The notes under the pieces are model-generated. The model saw only the letters and a program-made list of their open reading frames with translations, had not been told where the DNA came from and searched no databases. From positions 98,580,001 through 98,644,000 of the forward strand of contig OZ024740.1 in assembly GCA_964016885.1 (NCBI GenBank): a DNA stretch of 64,000 bases, written 5' to 3'. Below are positions 30,468-41,318 of this stretch, one piece after another. Source of the stretch: Eledone cirrhosa. Its lineage: Eukaryota. Every line of letters starts with the position of its first letter. Position 1 is the first letter of the stretch. The position numbers were made by a program, and so were the translations under genes.

Positions 30468-30577
30468 ATGTGGATGAGGGAGAGAAAGAGAATCTAATGG
30501 GGTGTGATTACATATTTAATTTTGCTTTAAATTTGTTAATAAAGTGTTTTTATTTATCTATGCTTTTTTGTTGAGTG

Positions 30578-30606
<29 letters not shown>

Positions 30607-30608
<2 letters not shown>

Positions 30609-33600
30609 GACAAATTCACCTCTTGGACGAGAATGCGAGCACTCCTCATTGTTTCGACCGCGGACGGCTAACATAACCCCATCGTCCCCCGCCCCTCACC
30701 GCCCCCAACCCCCAAACGCAATCCCAAACTTCAGAGTTGGTACCATAAATGTAGGCACCCTAAAGGGTCGCGCTAACGAGGTTGTAGAAATGCTTGAACG
30801 TAAGGAGGTCGATGTTTGTTGTATTCAAGAGACCAGGTGGAGGGGTGGGTCTGCTAGGTTCATTGAGGGTAAAAAACGATGTTATAAGCTTTTCTGGGTG
30901 GGAAACGACGATGGGCTGGGTGGAGTAGGAATCATGGTAGCAGAAAAGTGGGCAGATAAGATAATAGACGTAAATAGAGTGAACGACAGAATAATTAAAA
31001 TACGACTTGTCCTCAATAGAACTACGGTGACAGTAATATCTGCGTACGCACCCCAATCCGGACTGCCCGGCACTATAAAAGACAGATTCTATGAGACACT
31101 GATGCTAACTACCTCCCAAATATCCGACAGTGACTATATAATTATCGCAGGCGACCTAAATGGTCACGTTGGACAACATTGTGACGGCTACGACGAAATC
31201 CATGGAGGCTATGGGTTTGGTACTAGAAATGAGGAAGGCGCCAGAATACTGGAATTCTGTGATGCAAATAACCTAACTATCTGTAACACTAACTTCAAAA
31301 AACGTGACAATCACCTGATCACCTATAGATCCGGGGAACACACAAGCCAGGTAGATTATATCCTTACCAGAAGACGTGACAGAGTGTCTGTTGTTAACAC
31401 TAAATCCCTCCCCCATGAAGAATGCACCTCCCAACATAGACTGATAATTAGCGACCTCATAGTCAGGACGAGACGTACTCGACAACAGAAGAGGACTATC
31501 CTCAGGAGGAAAATATGGAAGCTAAAGGACCCCACAGCCAGGAATAAATTTCAAAGCATATTACTTGATGCTTTCGACAGTAAGGAAGAACATTTAGAGT
31601 CGGACAATATAGAGGGAGAGTGGGAATTTCTGAAAGCAAACCTGCTGTTGGCGACAGACGAGGTCTGTGGCTGGAGCAGGCCTGTAGGCAGGAGGAGAGT
31701 AACATGGTGGTGGAACAGTAAGGTGGAGGGGTCAATTAAGGCCAAAAAGCAGGCTTGGAAAGTATGGCGGGATGGGGGAAGTAGAGAGGACTATCAAGTG
31801 GCCAGGAGGGAAGCTAGGAGACAAGTGTACTTAGCAAGAAGGGAAGCTGAGGAAAGAAAGTTCAAGCATGTTCTACAACGCGATGACCAAAAACGTGAGG
31901 TGTTCAGGATTGCTAGGCAATGTGTCAAGGAAAACCGTGATATTGTCGGGGAGAAGTGTGTACTAAACGACGATGGCACACTTGCCATCACCGACGCTGA
32001 TAAGAAGGTAGCTTGGAAGTGTCACTATGAAAGGCTACTAAATGAGGAGAATAATTGGGAGAAAGGCAGTCTCCCCCATATCGACCCAATAGAGGGACCA
32101 GCAGTGTTAGTCGAGGGGAGTATAATAAGTAAGGCAATCAAGGATATGAAGACTGGTAAGGCGGCTGGGCCTTCGGAAATAGTTGCTGAGATGCTGAAGG
32201 CATCTGGCACGGTGGGGCACACCATGGTCACCCGCATAGTTAACCAAGTCGTACAGAATGGGGTTGTTCCGAAGGACTGGCATAGCAGCATCATCGTTAA
32301 CTGTTATAAGGGTAAAGGAGACGCCCTAGATAGGAGTAACTATAGAGGCATTAAATTAATCGACCAGGTCATGAAGGTCACGGAAAAAGTAATAGCGCAA
32401 CTAATCAGAGAGAGAATTGACCTAGATGAAATGCAGTTCGGGTTCGTGTCAGGCAAAAGTACCACAGACGCTCTTTTCATAGTACGACAACTACAGGAGA
32501 AGTACCTAGCTAAAGGTAAACCCCTCTACTTAGCTTTTGTCGACTTGGAGAAAGCCTTCGACAGAGTCCCCCGCTCCATTATCTGGTGGGCTCTTAGAAA
32601 ACTAGGCGTTGACGAATGGCTTGTGAGGGCTATACAAGCCATGTATAAAGAAACAGTCAGCAAGGTTAGAATTAACAACGAATATAGTGAAGAGTTTAGC
32701 GTAAAAGTTGGCGTCCATCAGGGCTCTGTTCTCAGTCCACTACTATTTATTATTGCCCTTCAGGCTATAACAGAGGAGTTCAAGACAGGCTGCCCATGGG
32801 AACTCCTATACGCAGACGACCTGACACTCATAGCGGAATCAATGGCCGAGCTAGAGAAGAAATTCCAAACATGGAAGCACGGCCTAGAGTCAAAAGGACT
32901 TAAAATTAACCTGGCTAAGACCAAAGTACTAGTTTGTAGGAAAGAAAACAAGGCGGCGGTCCCTTCTGGGAAATGGTTGTGCTCGGTGTGTAGGAAAGGC
33001 GTAGGTAGAAACTCCATTTTATGTCCTAAATGCAAAGTATGGGTGCATAAAAGATGTAGTGGGATCACAGGTAAGCTAACTAAGAACATAGATTTTACAT
33101 GTGGCCGGTGCTCTGGTGCAATAAGTAGCAGCAAGTGCCCACAAACTACTAGCTCTTTCAATTGCACAGAGGGTTCTATAGAAATAGTGGACAGCTTCCG
33201 TTACCTGGGCGATAAAATCAGCAGTGGGGGAGGGTGCTCTGAAAGTACTGTAGCTAGAGTCAGAACTGGTTGGAAAAAGTTCAGAGAGCTTATACCACTA
33301 TTAGCTGCTAAAGGGTTCTCACTAAAAATGAAAGGCAGGTTGTACGATGCCTGCATACGAACAGCAATGCTGCATGGCAGTGAGACCTGGGCATTGTGTG
33401 CAGAGGATATACGCAGACTAGAGAGGAACGAAGCTTGCATGCTCCGCTGGATGTGTAACAGTAATATACGTGAACGGCAAAGCATAAACGAACTAAGGAA
33501 AAAATTAGAGATAAGAGGGATCAGATGTTGTTTATTCGAGAGAAGGCTACGTTGGTATGGACACGTGATGCGCATGAAAGTCGATAGCTGTATAACAAAG

Positions 33601-33765
33601 TGCAGGGCAATAAAGATAGACGGTAGTCACGGAATAGGCAGACCTAGAAAAACCTGGGACGAGCTGATAAACTCCGACATCACACACTTACACCTCTCCA
33701 AGACAATGTCACTGGACCGAGACCTTTGGCGGTACTCAGTAACAGAGAAGACCCGCCTTACCTAA
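30607..33765 (+). CDS. RTE-clade LINE polyprotein, 1052 aa, uninterrupted: APE endonuclease - reverse transcriptase - PHD finger - C-terminal domain
   Basis: EN: GTINVGTL, CIQETRW, SAYAPQ, AGDLNGHVG, QVDYIL, SQHRL. RT: YRGIKL, QFGF, FVDLEKAFDRV, GVHQGSVLSPLLF, YADD. C4HC3 at 32980-33111. The first in-element ATG is at 30607; the track start at 30544 runs through (TA)n. Confidence 0.95.
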
Positions 33766-34170
33766 ATATATAGTAAAACCTACTCCAGCCAGTAGGCATC
33801 TCTAACAAAATACACCCCGTCCCACCACCACCACCCCCACCCGATCCACACCACCCCGTTCTATGTAAAGTTATGTTGGTGCCGCGCCATCGAGGCCGAA
33901 ACAAATGAGATCGTGTAGGTGTCACGACAAAAAAACACACAGTCCACGCTGTAATGTGGCCGTGTAGGCAACACGGTAAAAACCTCCCAGACCCACACTG
34001 TAAATGTGGTTGGTGTTAGGAAGGGCATCCAACTGTAGAAAACCTGCCAGACAGTCCTATGCGAGCTAGACAATCACTCTTGCCTCAAGTGGGACTACCC
34101 CCGTCCAAACCCATGCAAGCGTGGAACACGGACGTTAAACGTTGATGATGATGATGATGATGATGATGAT
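30607..34170 (+). mobile_element. Near full-length RTE LINE, subfamily B, flanked by TA repeats, with ~400-bp 3' UTR and (GAT)n tail
   Basis: ORF above; 3' UTR to ggacgttaaacgtt(gat)n; a highly similar copy lies at 62015-63125. Confidence 0.93.
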
Positions 34171-35305
34171 ATATATACATATGTATACAGGGAGAGACAG
34201 AAAGAGAGTCTCTGGTGCTGAGATCAAGCAGACCACTAATCATAGGACTAGCTATTTATATAGGTGATTGCATGCTTTTGTATGTATTTCTGAACATGCC
34301 TTTGAACAATTCTTCAAATCTGCCAGAGGGAGATTCAGGGGAAAATTTAAACTATCAAGGATTTGAAACTCAACTTCTTTACATCTTGCAGAATATATCT
34401 GAAACACTAAGCCACTTCAACAGATATATACCCCTTTGTGAACATAAAATATATGATAGCTTTAAACATCATTTTCCATGTACGAACAAAGATGTGCATG
34501 AATATGGCCAAGGTTATGATTAAAATTGATAGAGATATATTTAGCAAGAGACCTGAATGTTGAACTATTGGAAAGTAAAATAGATATGCATTTCATGATG
34601 AACAGCAGATCTCTTTACATTATTAATAGCTTTAGTTTTCAAATGTTATCCAATGTATGAAGAATAAAATATGGTAGAATCTACAGATCAATAGCATTAA
34701 GAGAATATATTTGTGTGATTTCTAAGCTACATTACATGATTAAAAATACCATGAAATAAAATTTGATGTTATTGGTAATATTTAACCCTTTTGATACTCA
34801 GCTGCCAGAAACCACCCTTGGTTCTAGGATACAAAACTGATTGTTTGAAAGTGTGTATATTTATCTAAAAACCTTCCATCATTTTATGTACAAACCTTTG
34901 TTAAGATATGTGATAAATGTCAGTTTAATAATGGGAAAGTTAGTTTTATTACTGTATCCCTCAAAATTCTTGATTTTCAAAATTTGAAAATCACAGGCAA
35001 TGATTAAAAATATGATAACAGAAGGGTCAAACCAGCTTTAAAAACATAACCTTCAATTTCAGATAGTGTTATATATAGGCATGTAAACAAAATACTTGAT
35101 CTGCCAGAATTAGTAAGCTACCTCCATCAATTTCTTTGTAGTAGTAGTAGTAGAAGTAGTAGTACCACTATTATGTGTATTTATTGTGTGTCATCACTGC
35201 ATTACCGAGTACAGATCTTGTGTTTGTGCTTGCTGTTTCTATTTTATTGACGGCATACCTAGTACTAATGTTGTCATAGACATACTGTGTTTAAATAAAT
35301 ATAAT

Positions 35306-35622
35306 TGTTTCTACTTTTGGCACAAGGCCAGCAATTATCCCAGTACATTACTGGTACTTTACTTTATCGACCTGATAAGGATGAAAGGCAAAGTTAACCT
35401 CGGCGGGAATTGAACTCAGATCGTAAAGGGACGTAACTATGCTGGAAAGCATATCCGACCCTCTACTGATACTGCCAATTCACCACCCTTCACCTGTGTT
35501 TAAATAAATATAATTGTTTCTACTTTAGGCACAAGGCCAGCAATTACCCAGTGCATTACTGGTACTTTATTTTATCGACCCTGTAAGGATGAAAGGCAAA
35601 GTCAACCTCGACGGGATTTGAA
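35306..35622 (-). mobile_element. Two tandem SINE family 1 copies (35306-35493 full, 35515-35622 5'-truncated) separated and flanked by a 21-bp repeat
   Basis: ctgtgtttaaataaatataat occurs at 35285-35305, 35494-35514 and 35623-35643. Confidence 0.88.
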
Positions 35623-35834
35623 CTGTGTTTAAATAAATATAATGATTTAAGATATGTAACCTTAAACTAACTACCTTTAGAAAGACACTGAATTATTGAA
35701 TAAGAAACAATAGGACTACCAGCAACCCAAAATTACATACATTTTAACATTTTAAAGGCGCTTTTGGAAATACTTTTCTCTTGTTATATGCCATATGGTT
35801 TAGTGGAATAATTTATATAAACATATTTGTAAAT

Positions 35835-36755
35835 ATCATCATCATCATCAGCATCATCATCATCATCGTTTAAACGTCCATCTTCCACGCTTGCATGGGT
35901 TTGGACGGGAATTTTCCCACTTGAGGCAAGATTGGTTGTCTTGCTCATATAGGACTGTCTGGCGGGTTTTCTATGGCTGGATGCCCTTCCTAACACCAAC
36001 CACTTTTGCAGTGTGGACTGGAAGGTTTTTACCATGTTACCTACACGGCCACATTACAACGTGGACTGTGTGTTTTTTTTGTCGTGACACCTACACGACC
36101 TCATTTATTTCGGACTGGATGTTGTGGTACCAATATAATTTACATCGAAAGGGGTGGTGTGGATGGGGTGGGGTAGTGGGACAGGTGTGTATTTTTGTTA
36201 AGAGGTGCCTACTGACTGTAGGTTTCGCTTTGTACTTAGGCAAGGCGGGTCTTCTGTATTACTGTGTAGCGCCAAAGATCTCAGTCCAGTGACATTGTCT
36301 TGGAGAGGTGTAAGTGTGTGAGGTCGGAATTTATCAAGTCGTCCCAGGTTTTTCTGGGTCTGCCTACTCCGTATCTTCCATCAATTTTGATCGCCCTGCA
36401 CTTTTTATACATGCGCATCACGTGACCATACCAATGTAGTCTTCTCTCGAGTAAACAACATCTGATCCCTCTTATTCCTAATTTCTCCCTTAGTTCATTT
36501 ATGCTTTGCCATTCACGTATATTACTATTACACATCCAACGGAGCATGCAAGCTTCGTTCCTCTCCAGTCTGCCTATATCCTCTGCACACAATGCCCAAG
36601 TCTCACTGCCATATAACATTGCTGTTTGTATGCAGACATCATACAGCCTGCCTTTCATTTTTAGAGAGAACCCTTTAGCGGCCAATAGTGGTATAAGCTC
36701 TCTGAACTTTTTCCATCCCGTTCTGAATATAGCTACTGTACTTTCAGAGCACTCT
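35835..36755 (-). mobile_element. 5'-truncated older RTE subfamily B copy
   Basis: ORF 36281-36826 matches the C-terminus of the intact ORF; B-type 3' UTR. Confidence 0.9.
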
Positions 36756-36972
36756 CCACAAATGTCACCACATATTCCAGGATAATTATGAACCAACCCT
36801 GAAATACAGGTAATACTCACTAACACAGAGAAAAGGCTGTGTACTACTTCTACTACTACCTCACATTATGGGACTGCATCAAACAGAGTTTTGGTACAAT
36901 CATTATGTAATTCTTTTATTTTTCGTTAGTCAACTATCTGATTAAGTCATGCCAAACGAAATACATTATATA

Positions 36973-37156
36973 ATTGTTTCTACTTTTGGCACAAGGCCAG
37001 CAATTACCCAGTGTATTACTGGTACTTTATTCTATCGACCCCGTAAGGATGAAAGGCAAAGTCAACCTCGGCGGGATTTGAACTCAGATCGTAAAGGGAC
37101 GTAACTATGCTGGAAAGCATGGCGTCCGACCCTCTACCGATACTGCCAATCCACCA
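36973..37156 (-). mobile_element. SINE family 1, young-looking copy
   Basis: Near-identical to 7002-7186. Confidence 0.88.
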
Positions 37157-39299
37157 ATGGCCAACAGATATATAGGGTAATGTTCATAATGGCTGTTAAT
37201 TAAATTAATTATAAAATGAAAAAAACAGCATCCTCTCATTGCAATCATTTATATAAATATTCATTTAATATGGTTAAGCAGTCAGCCTTGTTACTATGAA
37301 GTTTCAGCTGTACATTCACAGCATCATTATACTGATGACCTTGTGAGTCTGCAAGTGAAACTCCAGAGTAACAAGGCTCACTGCTTAGCCCTAACAAATG
37401 AATATTTAAAATCTTCTTTGATATAGAATACTTTTTCTCAAGTCAGTCAATAACATATCTTTCTGCATGTGATTTTAGTGTAATAGGGAACAAATGTTGG
37501 GAAAGTTGTATATTTTTTGAAGAAGTATATAGTTAATTTACGCAACCTTTATGTTATACTGGCTATTTCTAGGCACAACACTAGTTGGTAACCTAAAACA
37601 AGGTTGTGTAATATCATTAGTAACTATCCACTCTTCTTACACTTTTAGATATATGCACGTTTGTACATGTATATACACATATACACACCCTCAGGCATCA
37701 GACCCCACCTACACACAACACTATATGGCTCTTGCTTGAAGGTGCATGTTTTCTTGTATCTCTTGTCTGCATGGCTGTGTTCAAGTGGTAACGAGTGCCG
37801 GAGATGAAACACTGCTGGTGTTGAATATTTCCTAGCATCTATTCAACCCCCCCCCCCCTACCACCACCAATTCTCATGCACACTGTGACTCCACATTTCA
37901 TAGTTCAGCTGCTTGTGGTTGTACTGCCAAGCACTTTCTCTTATGGGCATACAACAAAATGAGTCAAGGCTACAATCATATTCACTACCACCTCCCTGTC
38001 TTTACAACCCCTTGTGAATGTTTCTGTATGTGTGTATGTATATATGTACACAGAATTTCACATACATAGGTATACATCCCTGTGTTGGTCAGCTTGTGCT
38101 ACATGCACACTCATGCCCATACACTCTCACAGCAGCCACTCTTTTATGGTCTAATGCACATCTATTCCCAGCTTTACATAGACAAATGAACAAACCGACA
38201 CACATTCACTCACATCTGAATGCAAACTCTCACACACGTATCAATATACAAGAATTATCTCCCTTTCAAAACAATTCTAATATATAAAATATTCACAAAC
38301 CAGCATTTCCCTAAAATTGCTAACTGAATACATATGCGTTTTCTCCAAATAATGTGTTTTCCTTTCCTTCCTCTAACTTTCTATTTTTTTGTTTTATCTC
38401 CGGATAAAGGAGTTGTGTCTAAAATGTTAAAACTCTTTTCATACTATATCAAGCATTATACTAATATATTTCTTCATTGTACTGTATTGTTTGCTTTGTT
38501 GTTTTCATTTACTTATTGTCTCTCTCTCTATATATATATGTGTGTGTGTATGTGTGTGTGTGTATAAATAGGGAGACACAAAGCAGGCTTTTGAAAATTA
38601 GGTAGCAGCAAGAATTAGTCTGTTTGTTGGGATTTAAAAAAACCCCTCATATATATATATATACCTGCTGTGGTTATATAGCTTCTAATTGATAACACAT
38701 TGGTCCGGCAAACCAAAGGTCTGTGTCCCATGTACTTCAATACTCATCCTCTTTTCTATTCAGAGGCATTTTTAAAATCCCAACTAACAGACTAATTCTA
38801 TTTAGTCAAATATGACGTAAGTACATGTTTCTACCTAATGTATATATATATATATATAATCAGTTGTAGTACATGGTTGGCTGATTAATTATAATTACCT
38901 GTTACCTGTGGAATTTGAATCTTTGGCAGAATTTTAACAAATACTACAAGTCATTTCCTCTGAAATGTTTACAATTTTGCCAAATGCACTACCACTAAGT
39001 AATATTTATTTTATCAACTGTATAAGGATGAAAAGCAGTTCACTTTAGTAGGATTTGAACTCAGAAATTAGAGAGTTAGAATAAATACCATAAAGTATCC
39101 TATCCATTATTATAACAAATCTAGCAAATGCTACCATTTGTATATAAGAGTTTATATATATTTAGTTCTTTAGCTGATACATATCATAGTGACACTGAAA
39201 CATGACAGAGCACAAGCTATAACACAAGAAAATACTTTCCTCATAATGTGGTTTTTATGTTTAGACTTGTGCATTTATAAATCAGTTCTTGCACACAAA

Positions 39300-39720
39300 T
39301 CTATCCAGCCCTCCTTGCCCTCTGGTAAAATGTGTATGTACTGGAATGATTACAAAATTCTGTCACCAAGAATATAAGTTTGGTTAACGATTTAAATTAT
39401 TGGGAACAGCTCCAGTTCCTGGGGTTCTACTTCAGAGAAATCATCACATATACTTGGAAGAATTTTCAATGTGATTCTATCAGGATTTGGCGTACACTCT
39501 GAAATCTATCAAAAGAACTGGAAGGCATTGTCAACTTCTTAACTTCACATCAGCTAATGACCATGTGAAGTCATTATATTACAATAGACTTTCATCTAAG
39601 ATTTCTCATCTGTTTAACCCTATGTAAAAGAGTCAGAAACCCAAAGCTACTAATTATTAGAAATCATGACAGAAAAGATAGATTTCCCTTCTAATGTTCC
39701 TGATCTGCCATTGTCAGATT
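39300..39720 (+). mobile_element. Very decayed CR1-group LINE 3' fragment
   Basis: DLNYWEQLQFLG..YTWK; downstream LFN..VRN and NVPDLP motifs. Confidence 0.45.
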
Positions 39721-39744
39721 ACACTAAAATCTACAGACACATGG

Positions 39745-39935
39745 TAAATTAGCAGAGTTGATAGAGTTGGATATAATATCTTGCAGTATTTGTTCTGGCT
39801 CTCTGCACTCTAAATTCAAATCCTACTGAGGTCAACTTTGCCTTCCATCCTTCTGGAATTGATGAAACAAAGTATCAGTTAAATACTGGGATGCGCTAAT
39901 CGACTTTTGCTCTCCACAAATTGCTGGCCAAATTG
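39745..39935 (+). mobile_element. Diverged SINE family 1 copy
   Basis: ttcaaatcctactgaggtcaactttgccttccatcc..aaagtatcag..ttgctggcc. Confidence 0.7.
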
Positions 39936-40669
39936 CAGGTTCTATAATACAAGCTATCAGAATTATATATTGGCAGAATTGTTAGAGCATCAGATTACAT
40001 GATTTGTGTTCTGGTTGTCATCTTCTTTTCTGAGTTCAAATTCTACCTAGGGATTCAAATAAAACCAACAGCCAAGGCTAACCATCCAACCAAAGGGTCA
40101 CAAGTGATTAAGAGAATGTAGTTATCCGCTACTATAGTAAAACAATGATGATAATTGCTACCAATGCATCGATTCATTGATACATTAAAGTTCAAAAACA
40201 CAAGTGTGCCACTATCTGGTAGATTGATCTGCTAGAAATGGCATTGAAATCCCTCCTCTTAATCATATCCTTATTGTTATGTGGTTGAAGTGCTGGATAG
40301 TCACAAATTTAACAATACTGTTCTATCTCTGACCAAGTCTTTTTTTAATTTGCCCACCAGGCATAAAGCTCCTGACTCCACAGTTGAATAGTTACCTGTA
40401 AGAAATGAATTCAGCCTATAAAAATGACATTATGAATTTTTTTTTTGTCGCAATTACATAATACTTAATATTTCTTAAGAACTTGATTCACAAACAGAAC
40501 TTATGCAATGACAGAAATGTGAAAAAAATAATATATATATAATGACTAGAGCAAAAGAATAAAAAAAGAGGAAAAAAAGGTAAGAAAAAATATAAAAGGA
40601 AAAAAGAAGGAAGTAAAAACAAAAAATGACCGTCAATTAACCACCAAGTCTGACAATCAGCTGCCAATC

Positions 40670-40890
40670 ATAAGGGTCAATGGAACACTTTGTGGCAAGC
40701 CAACATGCTGGCAACATTACCACAAATAATGGCAAGACTAAGGTGCTGAAACACCCAGGCAACCTCATGGGCTTCACCTGACACCTCAGTAAGGCAAGCC
40801 ATCAGCAATGAAAAGAACTTCGCGATCAGTTCCCCAACTCCAACAAATGTCTCGAATGACACACACTGGAAAAATGTAATTATTTGATGT
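40670..40890 (-). mobile_element. CRE-clade LINE C-terminal (restriction-like EN) relic
   Basis: SFETFVGVGELIAKFFSLL..LTEVSGEAHEVAWVFQHLSLAIICGNVASML resembles the CRE-type ET.G..G..A..F...QRLS.A..RGNA motif. Confidence 0.6.
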
Positions 40891-41022
40891 GATAGCTACA
40901 ATTGATATGCTCTTGAACATACACCTCCTCAATCAGGTCTGATATATGGCTAAACACCTACCACAAGAGCCATAACTAAATACATTAGGCCATTTTATCT
41001 GACACACTTATGATTCTGTGAA

Positions 41023-41100
41023 CTGCTGCTGCTACTACTACTATTACTAATACTACTACTGCTGCTGCTGCTAATGCTGCTACTGTTGCTACTACTGCTG

Positions 41101-41140
<40 letters not shown>

Positions 41141-41271
41141 AGCTGCTGGTGTTGTTGCTGCTGCTGCTGCTGCTACTACTACTACTACCACCACCACCAC
41201 CACCACCACCACCACAACCACCACCACCACCACCACCACCACCACCACCACCACTACTACTACTGCTGCTG

Positions 41272-41317
<46 letters not shown>

Positions 41318-41318
41318 C
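41023..41318. repeat. Compound trinucleotide microsatellite (TGC)/(TAC)/(CAC)
   Basis: Directly visible. Confidence 0.95.

Noticed and set aside
30544-30606. N-terminal extension of the 1073-aa track ORF
   Set aside because: GTG start in flanking DNA running through (TA)n; not part of the element.
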